From the IMG/VR virus record IMGVR_UViG_3300046168_000017, positions 1 to 59,609 of that record: a DNA stretch of 59,609 nucleotides; one strand, 5' to 3'. Below the pieces are notes generated by a model, which was not told the DNA's origin, did no database searches, and saw only the letters and a list, made by a program, of their open reading frames with translations. Made by a program: the position numbers and the translations under genes. Below, in pieces: positions 1-9,217 of the stretch (its first letter is position 1; each line of letters starts with the position of its first letter). Origin of the DNA: a virus. Its lineage: Duplodnaviria; Caudoviricetes.

Positions 1-8
1 GGTCGAAA

Positions 9-127
9 TGTCATAATGTCATAGTTATGTCATATTGTCATACGACCACAATTACTTAAATACCAGTGACTTAGTGTCATGTCACATTGTCATATCACTA
101 AATGTTATGAATAATGTTGATTGTTAT
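9..127. repeat. Cluster of TGTCAT/TGTCAC/TGTTAT hexamer direct repeats in non-coding DNA (iteron- or pac-like)
   Basis: TGTCAT at 9, 17, 28, 36, 75, 88; TGTCAC at 80; TGTTAT at 103, 122; no ORF in 1-485. Confidence 0.7.
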
Positions 128-485
128 GAAGGTTAGACATGGAATGATGAATCCGAAAGTGACTGTTAATCCTAAGGTTGTTGGTAAGTTTTCTTTTTTA
201 AACATAGATATTATTATTAGTTGTTATTCATATATACTATCTGAAAAGTTCAGATTTTGTCTGTAAAAATATGATAAAAAGCCCCGAGGGTGGCCAAAAA
301 AAGTCAATTTTACTGAGAATTACAGACAGAAACGGGTAGGGGGGACACTATACCTCTCTATTTGTAACGTTTTTGGAAATAAGACATTAGCCTTTTAAGA
401 GATATAAGTAACTAGCTAGTGTCACACTTGTAAAAATTTCACTTTATCTGTAAGTATATATAGTATAAGAAACTAACAAACTATT

Positions 486-1706
486 ATGGCAAACATATCC
501 ACTTATCCTTTAGCTACGCCAACCACAGCAGATCTTATTCCAGGTACACAAAAGTATACTGACTCTACTGGTAAGCAATATAACTTAACAAAGAACTTTA
601 CTGTACAAAGTATTGTGGCTTTAGCAAATGGAGGAGCAGGATTAGGAACTGTACAGTCTATAACGTTTACTGCACCATTAACCGGTGGAGAAATTACGAC
701 TACAGGAACAGTTGGTATAACCCAAGCTAATGGAACATCAGATGGTTTTTTATCAGCTGCTGACTGGAACATATTTAACAACAAGCAAGACGCAATAACT
801 GTAACAACAACAGGAACATCGGGTCCAGCTACTTTAATTGCAGGTACATTAAACATACCTCAATATGCTGGTGGTGGCGGTGGTGGTAGTGTTGTAAGCG
901 TAGGTCTTTCTATGCCTTCAGCATTTAGCGTGGCAAACTCTCCAGTAACAGGATCAAATGTATTAACTGTAACAGGAGCCGGATCAACTGCTCAATATGT
1001 AGACGGAACTGGAGGATTACAAACTTTCCCTACAATACCATCAACCTATAACTGGGTTTCAAAAGCCGACGGAGGTACAGCTCCAACAGCAACTATTACA
1101 AGTGGAACTAATTTAACATTTGCCGGAGGTTCTGGGATCATAACATCTCAATCAGGTTCTGCAACCACTCCACCAACGGCTTCAATATTGTTTAACGTAG
1201 ATTATGCCGGTACTGATAACATAGTAGCATCCGCGCCTGCGTTCGCAGCCGGTCAAGCTGTTGAGTTAGCCGATGAAGTAATAATTGGTAATACTAATTC
1301 TGGTGCTGAAGCTGCAAACAGAACTACAGTTAAAGAAGTTCTTGAATTAGTAACCTCTAATAGTGCTGTGCCAGAAGTTTATTTCTCTATAAATGGAGAT
1401 GTTTCAACTAGCAACTTTACTAACGCTGGTAACACTAATAACACTGAGTTTAATTCTTTTGGAACAATGAGTGTAAATGTTTCATCAGCAGGAACATACA
1501 GAGTAACATGGGTTAATAGTGTAAGTACAAGTTATATAATCAACTGGACAATAGAAAGTCCAACCATAGGTTCACCAAGTACTGGTGTAGCTTTTGGAGA
1601 TGTCAGTGCTAAAGGCACTAATGGCTTTACGTTTACGTTATACAAACCTAACGGAACTAGCGTTTTAGGAGCAAACAAATTAGTTAACTTTATACTATAC
1701 AAATAA
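486..1706 (+). CDS. Tail fibre/spike-like virion protein
   Basis: 406 aa, G/T/S-rich, GTVQSI and YVDGTG fibre motifs; shares a ~50-aa module with 2437..4791 and its N-terminus with 1710..2417. Confidence 0.7.
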   Translation: MANISTYPLATPTTADLIPGTQKYTDSTGKQYNLTKNFTVQSIVALANGGAGLGTVQSITFTAPLTGGEITTTGTVGITQANGTSDGFLSAADWNIFNNKQDAITVTTTGTSGPATLIAGTLNIPQYAGGGGGGSVVSVGLSMPSAFSVANSPVTGSNVLTVTGAGSTAQYVDGTGGLQTFPTIPSTYNWVSKADGGTAPTATITSGTNLTFAGGSGIITSQSGSATTPPTASILFNVDYAGTDNIVASAPAFAAGQAVELADEVIIGNTNSGAEAANRTTVKEVLELVTSNSAVPEVYFSINGDVSTSNFTNAGNTNNTEFNSFGTMSVNVSSAGTYRVTWVNSVSTSYIINWTIESPTIGSPSTGVAFGDVSAKGTNGFTFTLYKPNGTSVLGANKLVNFILYK

Positions 1707-1709
1707 CAC

Positions 1710-2417
1710 ATGGCAAGAATAAGTTCGTATCCATTTGATACAACTGTCACAGATAATGACGCGTGGATAGGAACACAGTCGTCAAACAGACAGACAAAGC
1801 AATTCACTGCATCAGCAGTAGCTACTTATCTAAATATTAATGCTAAAGTTAATATAGCTGGTCAAATGTCATTTAAATGGTCTGATACGCAAAACGGTGG
1901 AACAGGTACTATATCTAAAACTGGCGGTGGTGGATCTGGAACGCAACTTAGCACTTTAACAGAGTTAAGAATATCTGTAAACGAGATAAATGGCCAGAAC
2001 GTTATTAAGTTTTTAGAGTATATAACAACTAAACCTATATTATTAGGTCAAGGAGATGAAATAAGTCAATTTGGTAATTATACTTTAGACACTTATACTG
2101 TAGATCCTCAAAACCCAATGTATTATATAGCAGCATTAACATACATTGGTGGTAATGGAATTATTGCTCCACAAGGAACTCAATATACATTAATACACTT
2201 TGACATACAAGGTGGTGATGTAAATTTAAAACAAAATTTTACCTCATCAACACAGTGGGTTATAAACAATACAACAGGTAAGGCAGAACCTTCAGTCACT
2301 TTAACTGACAACTCAAATCCGCCAAACGAAATAAAAGGGTGTGTAACATACACTAACGCAACAACTATAACAGTCGATTTTGATAAAACAGTAGCAGGGT
2401 CGTCAATACTAAATTAA
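1710..2417 (+). CDS. Virion structural protein (tail fibre-associated)
   Basis: 235 aa; N-terminus MARISSYP...TKQFT is paralogous to MANISTYP...TKNFT of the upstream gene; beta-rich C-terminus. Confidence 0.6.
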   Translation: MARISSYPFDTTVTDNDAWIGTQSSNRQTKQFTASAVATYLNINAKVNIAGQMSFKWSDTQNGGTGTISKTGGGGSGTQLSTLTELRISVNEINGQNVIKFLEYITTKPILLGQGDEISQFGNYTLDTYTVDPQNPMYYIAALTYIGGNGIIAPQGTQYTLIHFDIQGGDVNLKQNFTSSTQWVINNTTGKAEPSVTLTDNSNPPNEIKGCVTYTNATTITVDFDKTVAGSSILN

Positions 2418-2436
2418 CAATATAAAAAAATAAACT

Positions 2437-4791
2437 ATGCCTATTAACTATTACTGCGCCATTGCAATGAATGGCTCTGATCTGGAAATGAACAAGAACA
2501 GTATCACATTGCCGGTCATTGATCCAAAGCAAACAGCACCCGCATCACCAGTGGAGGGGCAAATGTACTTTGATACAACAGTTGGAGACAAAACAATGTA
2601 TTTCTATAATGGATCTGCATGGATAGAAATGGATGGTTCTGGCTCAGGTGTAGAATCTTTTACAAATGCTAATGGTACATATATATCTGCAAGTACTGTT
2701 AATACAGCGGCAACAGGTGCTGTAACAGTTGGGACTATAGATCTTAGTGCTGCAGACGGAACAGATTCAAGTGGCAGGTTTTTAAGTAAAGACAATGTTT
2801 GGTCAACTATTCCTGGTGGTTATACTTCATGGACAATAAATGGGGATACTAACACTGGAACAAATACAGTATCAAACAATGAAACTGTAACTGTTGCAGG
2901 TGGTAAAGCAATTGTAACTGAAGTAAGCACAAGAACAGTGAATATTGATTTTACTCCAAGTGAGTTGAGTACAGTAACAGCGTTAAGTACAGATAAAGTA
3001 GTTATTACAGATACTAGTGATTCAAATAATCCTAAGTTAGCTCTTATAAGCGATATAATTAACGCAGGCGTTACAACCGTAGATACAACAGATGGTACAT
3101 ATATTGACTTAACTCCTACCTCGGCTACATCAGGTGCTGTAGTAGTAACTGCAGATTTAAGCGCGGTCGATGGTACGTCTGATACTACAACTAGATTTTT
3201 ATCTAAAGACAATACTTGGGATATTCCTTCTTATACCACAAACACAGACGAAACATATACATTACCAGTCGCTGCAGGTGGTGCTAATTCTGCTGTTCTT
3301 AATTTAACAGCTGGTGGTACTGGTTCAGGTATTAAATCTTCTGTAACAATAAACGGTACTACAAATGAAGTATCTATTGCAGAATCTGCTGGTAACAATG
3401 GTAGTGTAACAATTGGTTTACCAGATGATGTAACAATAGCGACTTCACTAACTATAAGCGGAACTGCAGGTGATGCATTAGATATTCCTTCTGGTAAAGG
3501 AACAAGTGCTTTAACTATAGGAACTGATCCTTCTGATACATTAACAACTAAAAGTTATGTTGATGGTTTAGTTTCAGGTGGTTTAACTTTTAAAGGTACT
3601 TTTAGAGCTGATACAGGTGCTATACTTTCAGGAGGTAATTCTGGTTCTTTCTTGTATAACTGTCCAGGTGGTGCAGGAACTAGAGTAGCCGTAACGCAAG
3701 GTGATTACTACGTAGTTGCAACAGCAGGAGGTTCTTTCTATTGTTCAGGTGTTACATTAGATATTGGTGATGCTATTATAGCTGTAGATAACGCAGCGGC
3801 TGATTCTTCAGATGCAGCTGATTGGTCAACAATATCACAAGGTGTTACTGTGAATAGCTTTACAAATGCCAATGGTACTTATATTTCTGCTGGCACGGTA
3901 AATACTAACGCTACTGGAGCGGTAACAGTAGGTACAATAGATTTATCTGCTGTAGACGGAACTTCTGATACATCTACAAAATTCTTAAGTAAAGATAATA
4001 CTTGGGATGTTCCTTCATATACAACAAATACAGACGCTAAATACGCGTTACAAGCAGATGCTAAAAGTGGATCAAACGTTCCTTTAACATTAAACGGTTC
4101 AAATGGTGGTTCAGATACTACTGTAAATCTAACGCAAGGAACAGGTATAACATTAACTAGAAATAGTGCTACACAAATAACAATAGATGCTGATAATAAT
4201 GGTACTGTTGAAAGTGTTGCGCTTAGTATGCCTTCAGCGTTTAGTGTTGCAGGTTCACCAATAACACAATCAGGTACATTTACTGTCACAGGCTCTGGTA
4301 CAACATCGCAATATGTTGATGGTACAGGTGCACTTCAAACTTTTCCAACGATACCACAAGGTGATATTACAGCTGTAAAACCTTCTATAGTTGATGACGA
4401 GCTTGGTATCACGGTGACAGACGTTAATGGACCAATACCTATTGTTGGTCTTGATATTAAAGGACTTGCTGATCTTGGAGTACCAGCTAGTGGTGATAGA
4501 TTAGCTATATATGACGTAACAGGAGATGTAAACAAATATGTTACAGCAACTAATTTAGCTCCTATTGTAAGAAAAGCAAGTACTTTTGCTGCAACAATAA
4601 CTTCATTTGGAACCGTAACACACAGTTTAGGATCTTATGATGTAATAGTACAACTATACAATGCTACTAATTATGAAACAATATATGCTTGTGTTGATAG
4701 AACCTCTACTAACGCAGTAGCTATTTCTGGAGGTAGTTTCCCAGCAGGAGATATAAGAGTATTAGTTTCTCTTGCTGATCAAGGAGTATAA
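2437..4791 (+). CDS. Tail fibre protein with three internal repeats
   Basis: 784 aa; three copies of GTYI...GAV....DLSA.DGT....FLSKDN.W; C-terminal THSLGSYDVIVQLY domain typical of fibre tips. Confidence 0.75.
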   Translation: MPINYYCAIAMNGSDLEMNKNSITLPVIDPKQTAPASPVEGQMYFDTTVGDKTMYFYNGSAWIEMDGSGSGVESFTNANGTYISASTVNTAATGAVTVGTIDLSAADGTDSSGRFLSKDNVWSTIPGGYTSWTINGDTNTGTNTVSNNETVTVAGGKAIVTEVSTRTVNIDFTPSELSTVTALSTDKVVITDTSDSNNPKLALISDIINAGVTTVDTTDGTYIDLTPTSATSGAVVVTADLSAVDGTSDTTTRFLSKDNTWDIPSYTTNTDETYTLPVAAGGANSAVLNLTAGGTGSGIKSSVTINGTTNEVSIAESAGNNGSVTIGLPDDVTIATSLTISGTAGDALDIPSGKGTSALTIGTDPSDTLTTKSYVDGLVSGGLTFKGTFRADTGAILSGGNSGSFLYNCPGGAGTRVAVTQGDYYVVATAGGSFYCSGVTLDIGDAIIAVDNAAADSSDAADWSTISQGVTVNSFTNANGTYISAGTVNTNATGAVTVGTIDLSAVDGTSDTSTKFLSKDNTWDVPSYTTNTDAKYALQADAKSGSNVPLTLNGSNGGSDTTVNLTQGTGITLTRNSATQITIDADNNGTVESVALSMPSAFSVAGSPITQSGTFTVTGSGTTSQYVDGTGALQTFPTIPQGDITAVKPSIVDDELGITVTDVNGPIPIVGLDIKGLADLGVPASGDRLAIYDVTGDVNKYVTATNLAPIVRKASTFAATITSFGTVTHSLGSYDVIVQLYNATNYETIYACVDRTSTNAVAISGGSFPAGDIRVLVSLADQGV

Positions 4792-4809
4792 TAATAAAAA
4801 TAAAATTAA

Positions 4810-7800
4810 ATGGCAATAGAGTTATATTGTGATCAATCAATAAACGGGACGTTAGATACCACCGGTGTTATAACGGCTCCAGGTGGTACGTCCACTCAGT
4901 GGAATGCAGGATACGCTAATTCTGTAAATAGTTTTAGTGATTCTGGTAGTTCTACTGTAACTCTTTCGATAGGCCTACAAGGCGGAGTAACATTAAGCAC
5001 ATCATTTAGTAATCCACAAGGTACGGTTACAAGTGTAGCTACAGGTAGTGGGTTAACAGGTGGAACATTTACAACTAGTGGAACTGTTAGTGTAGACTAT
5101 GGAACATCAGGTTTAATAGCTGATGCGCCAAGTGGAACAGGGACTCCAGATATAGATGATTTAATATTGGTTGGTACAGATTCTTCATCAGGTGGTGAAA
5201 CAAGATCTTTTGCTATAACTGACTTACCATTTACTAATAATACTGGTGATATAACAGCTGTAAATGCGGGAACTTTATTAGATGGTGGTGGTTCATCAGG
5301 TTCTGTAACTTTAAATGTTGATTTATCAGAGTTAACTGGTACAACAGGGGATATGATATCAACTGATTCGTTTGTGATAACTCGATCAAATGGTAGTCAA
5401 TTTAAAACAGTACCAGGTTTAGTTCCTAATAATTTATTTCCAAATGACGCTGGTTATATAACATCAGCATCACTACCAACTGTAAATAATGGAACACTTA
5501 CAATGACCACAAGTACAGGTCTTGACGGTAGCGCTTCATTTACAGCTAATCAATCTGGCAATTCTACATTTGCTGTTACATTAGATTTAACTGAAATAAG
5601 TTTAGGTGCTGGTTTAGATGCTGGCGCTACTTCACTTAGCTTAGATTTATCTGAATTTACAGACATGACAGCGGGTATGACTGCTACCGATGAGTTTATA
5701 GTATTAGATTCAGGCGCCGAGCGTAGAAAAGCCGCAGGTGAAATAGGTCTTAGTATATTTAATAATGATTCTGGATTTATAACATCATCATCTTTACCTA
5801 CAGTAAACAACGCAACTATAACTATAGCTGCAGGTACAAACTTAACAACTGGTGGTAATTTTACAACTAACCAAGGTAGTAATGAAACAATTACTATCAA
5901 CATGGCAACTGGTGGTGTTGGATCTGGAACATACGGATCTACATCAAACAGTACAAAAATAGATACAATTTCGGTAGACGCATATGGTAGAGTAACTGCC
6001 GTAGCAACAGGATCAACTGGTCAAGTAAATACAATAAACTCTGGTAATAGTAACACATTAACTAAGAGTGGTAGTACAACTGTAACATTAACACCAAACA
6101 CAGGTGCGGTAAGTTCTTCTTCTTCTAACTTAGCAACAGGAGCACAAATACAAACAGCGATTAATACAGCTGTAACAGGAGTATTAAAATATGATGGAAC
6201 TTGGAACGCAAGTACAAACTCACCAACATTATCAAGTGGATCAGGAACAGTAGGAGAATACTACATAGTTTCAGTAGCAGGATCTACTAATTTAGATGGA
6301 ATCACAGATTGGGCAGTAGGAGATTGGGCTGTATTCTCTGATCAAGCTACAGATGCTTGGCAAAAGATAGATAATACACAAGTTGGTAACGTAACAGGTT
6401 CTGGTAGTAATACTAGGCTTGCAGTATGGAATAGTGCATCAAACATTACAAGTGACAGTGGTTTAACGTTTAATACCTCAACAAACCTTTTAACAATAGG
6501 TGGTCAGGTAAATTGGTCAGGTGGTAGTTCAGCAGAATCTAACTCCGCATATGATAACATGATCACTGGCTTTAGTGACTCAGGTTCTTCTACAATAACA
6601 TTAACACTTACACAAAATGATGGTGGTACTTTAACTACATCATTTAGTAACCCTCAAGGAACTGTAACATCTGTAGGAACTGGAACTGGATTAGACGGTT
6701 CATTTACAACGTCAGGTACAATTACTTTAGACTTATCAGAACTTACTGATATGACAGCTGCTATGACTGGAACTGATGAGTTTATAGTGTTAGACTCTGG
6801 TGCAGAACGTAGAAAGGCAGCTAACGAAATAGGATTAAGTATATTTAGCAATGACGCTGGATTTATAACTTCATCTTCAGTGCCATCAGTTGGTAATGGT
6901 CAAATTAATGGTGCTACAAGTGGTTTAGGTTTAAGTGGTTCAATGAGTGCAACTGCAAATCAAAGTGGTAACACTACATTTACAGTAACTTCAAACGCCT
7001 CAACCAGCGATGCGGCAAATACTATTGCTTATAGAAATGGTTCGGCTGATATAGCTGCAAGATTGTTTAGAGCTACTTATGCTAATCAAAGCACTATATC
7101 TGGAGCAATTGCTTTTAGAGTTAATAATAGTACAGATAATTATACACGCTATTGTAGCAGTCCTTCTGCTATTAGAACTTTTATAGGAGCAGCTTCAAGC
7201 TCGGTTGTTTCAGGTGTTACAAGTGTAGCCACGTCAGGATCAGTAAACGGTTTAACATTAACCGGAGGTGTAATAACATCAACTGGTACAGTAACTTTGG
7301 GTGGTACACTTTCTATTAGTAATTCAGATTGGTCAGGCACAGATCTATCAGTTGCTAACGGTGGTACTGGTTCAAGCACAGCATCTGGCGCAAGAACTAA
7401 CTTAGGAGTTGTCAATGATACTGGTACTCCAGCTATATTAAGTGATGGTTCTACGCCAAGTTTAAATAGCGGTATTACAGCTGCAGAAGTAAGAAATCTT
7501 ATTGGTGCTGGTACAAGTTCAAGTGCAGGTGTAACATCTGTAGCAACTGGTGGTGGACTTACGGGTGGAACAATAACTTCAACTGGAACTCTATCACACG
7601 CGGATACGTCAAGTCAAGGTGATGTAAATAATTCAGGTAATACATATATACAAGACGTAACACTAGATACATATGGACATGTTACAAGTTTAACATCTGC
7701 CACAACCACACTAGCTACGCTTGGATATACAGGTGCTACAAATGCAAATTATATTACTAACAATAACCAGTTAACTAATGGTGCTGGGTATACTACCGCT

Positions 7801-8814
7801 ACAGGAACAATGAGCAATTGGAATTTAACTGCTGATTTTGGTGGTTCAATGTCTATTGGTAACGGAACTACTGTAGATATAGCAGGTGGTACTAACATCT
7901 CAACAACACGTACTGGCGCTACTATTCAAATTAATAATAGTATTACAAATAATAACCAACTTACAAATGGCGCGGGTTATACAACAAACACAGGAACTGT
8001 CACAGGTTCAGGTGCTACTAATAGAGTACCTTTTTGGAGTAGTTCTTCAGCGCTATCATCTACCTCTGCTCTTACTTTTACAAGTAACCAATTATATTCT
8101 GAAAATGGATTTTTAGTTAAAGGAATCAACGTCGCTGAATATACAGTTACTGGAGATACTGATACAGGTTTAGGTTCATTTGATGGTAATAATGGAGTAA
8201 GTCTTGTAAGTAAAGGTAAAAAAGAAATTACTGTAAAAGAAGGAGACATTACTTTTGATAATTATACAGCTACAGCAGTAGCAACAACCGGAAGCTTGAA
8301 TGCTAATCAAAGCAACCAGGCACCATCTCAAGATACTTTAGCAACTTTAGCTGTTGATCCAGATGGCAATGTAGTAAGAGGTGAACAAGAAGGAACATGG
8401 ACATTTACAAGAGCTCAATTAAACGCAACTTTAGGAAATACTTTAATAGCAGCGCCAGGAACAAACAAAGCAATTATAGTTACGGAATCTGATTGGATGG
8501 TGAAGTATAGTGCAACAGGATCTATGAGTGGTACTCAAACTTATGATGTAAGACAAGCAAGTAATACAAATGCCTCCGCTATAATATCTACACTACCTGG
8601 AACAAGAATAAATGAAATATTAAGTGCCTCACAAGGAACACCTGTAAATCCAAGTTATGGGTTTTGTGCAAGAGATGTTCCATTACAGACAAGAACTTAT
8701 AAAACCAATACAGCAACTACATTACACAAGGCATCAAATGGTGCTTTGCCAACTGGTGTAATAAGTATATCTATAAAATTAAAATATAGAATATTTGATG
8801 CAACTACATTTTAA
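4810..8814 (+). CDS. Long tail fibre protein
   Basis: 1334 aa, G/S/T-rich; duplicated modules FSDSGSS...FSNPQGTVTSV, LDLSE.TDM...SGAERRKAA.EIGLSIF.ND and ITNNNQLTNGAGYTT; VDAYGRVT and LDTYGHVT fibre motifs. Confidence 0.8.
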   Translation: MAIELYCDQSINGTLDTTGVITAPGGTSTQWNAGYANSVNSFSDSGSSTVTLSIGLQGGVTLSTSFSNPQGTVTSVATGSGLTGGTFTTSGTVSVDYGTSGLIADAPSGTGTPDIDDLILVGTDSSSGGETRSFAITDLPFTNNTGDITAVNAGTLLDGGGSSGSVTLNVDLSELTGTTGDMISTDSFVITRSNGSQFKTVPGLVPNNLFPNDAGYITSASLPTVNNGTLTMTTSTGLDGSASFTANQSGNSTFAVTLDLTEISLGAGLDAGATSLSLDLSEFTDMTAGMTATDEFIVLDSGAERRKAAGEIGLSIFNNDSGFITSSSLPTVNNATITIAAGTNLTTGGNFTTNQGSNETITINMATGGVGSGTYGSTSNSTKIDTISVDAYGRVTAVATGSTGQVNTINSGNSNTLTKSGSTTVTLTPNTGAVSSSSSNLATGAQIQTAINTAVTGVLKYDGTWNASTNSPTLSSGSGTVGEYYIVSVAGSTNLDGITDWAVGDWAVFSDQATDAWQKIDNTQVGNVTGSGSNTRLAVWNSASNITSDSGLTFNTSTNLLTIGGQVNWSGGSSAESNSAYDNMITGFSDSGSSTITLTLTQNDGGTLTTSFSNPQGTVTSVGTGTGLDGSFTTSGTITLDLSELTDMTAAMTGTDEFIVLDSGAERRKAANEIGLSIFSNDAGFITSSSVPSVGNGQINGATSGLGLSGSMSATANQSGNTTFTVTSNASTSDAANTIAYRNGSADIAARLFRATYANQSTISGAIAFRVNNSTDNYTRYCSSPSAIRTFIGAASSSVVSGVTSVATSGSVNGLTLTGGVITSTGTVTLGGTLSISNSDWSGTDLSVANGGTGSSTASGARTNLGVVNDTGTPAILSDGSTPSLNSGITAAEVRNLIGAGTSSSAGVTSVATGGGLTGGTITSTGTLSHADTSSQGDVNNSGNTYIQDVTLDTYGHVTSLTSATTTLATLGYTGATNANYITNNNQLTNGAGYTTATGTMSNWNLTADFGGSMSIGNGTTVDIAGGTNISTTRTGATIQINNSITNNNQLTNGAGYTTNTGTVTGSGATNRVPFWSSSSALSSTSALTFTSNQLYSENGFLVKGINVAEYTVTGDTDTGLGSFDGNNGVSLVSKGKKEITVKEGDITFDNYTATAVATTGSLNANQSNQAPSQDTLATLAVDPDGNVVRGEQEGTWTFTRAQLNATLGNTLIAAPGTNKAIIVTESDWMVKYSATGSMSGTQTYDVRQASNTNASAIISTLPGTRINEILSASQGTPVNPSYGFCARDVPLQTRTYKTNTATTLHKASNGALPTGVISISIKLKYRIFDATTF

Positions 8815-8834
8815 GTAAAAATGGTGTAAAACCA

Positions 8835-8851
8835 GTGATAATACAAATATA
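8835..8851 (+). promoter_or_regulatory. Putative phage promoter motif GTRA-N-AT-rich-TATA
   Basis: GTGATAATACAAATATA; similar intergenic copies at 450, 16898, 26416, 33950 (+) and 58146 (-). Confidence 0.4.
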
Positions 8852-8853
8852 CC

Positions 8854-8883
8854 TGCTCGGTGAGAGCAATAACCAATGTCAAA
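8854..8883 (+). promoter_or_regulatory. Putative mini H-type pseudoknot in a 5' leader (copy 1)
   Basis: TGCTC-GGTGA-GAGCA-ATA-ACC-AATGTCAAA; loop GGT can pair with downstream ACC; same layout as 14604..14633. Confidence 0.45.
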
Positions 8884-8898
8884 TTAAAACCAAAACCA

Positions 8899-9189
8899 AT
8901 GACACTATTTTACCAGACTAACACGTGGACTAGTCAACCACAAATTACGGAAGAAACCAAGAAAATTTGGGAACATATAGTTCAAAAGAAAAACTGGAGA
9001 ATTGTACAACTACCAAATGGATTTTACCAAACTGAATACCTTGATCCAAAAAAAGAAGATTCATGGATCGATGTAACGAGACGCGAAACAATGGAAGGTG
9101 CTGAATCAGCAATAGATGCTTCTATTAACCATTATGAGAAAAAATTAGCTCATGTTCGTGGACCACAAGTCGTTAAGACTTTTAAATAA
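8899..9189 (+). CDS. Hypothetical protein immediately upstream of groEL
   Basis: The ORF track starts at GTG 8860, inside the hairpin; ATG 8899 after an A/C-rich leader is the more plausible start (96 aa). Confidence 0.7.
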   Translation: MTLFYQTNTWTSQPQITEETKKIWEHIVQKKNWRIVQLPNGFYQTEYLDPKKEDSWIDVTRRETMEGAESAIDASINHYEKKLAHVRGPQVVKTFK

Positions 9190-9217
9190 AATAAATCAAA
9201 TTAAATTAAATTAAATT

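Noticed and set aside
9-127. CRISPR-like array
   Set aside because: The repeats are only 6 nt with irregular spacing and no spacer-length units; no cas genes are present.
503-8249. Many antisense ORFs of 60-136 aa within the tail-fibre genes (also in groEL, MCP and the giant gene)
   Set aside because: They mirror the sense codons of G/T/S/A-rich genes and give V/P/L-rich strings with no independent starts or motifs; this is an expected shadow.
2437-8814. Diversity-generating retroelement suggested by repeats in the fibre genes
   Set aside because: Repeat copies differ mainly at synonymous positions of all bases rather than only at adenines, all copies are coding, and no reverse transcriptase is in the window.
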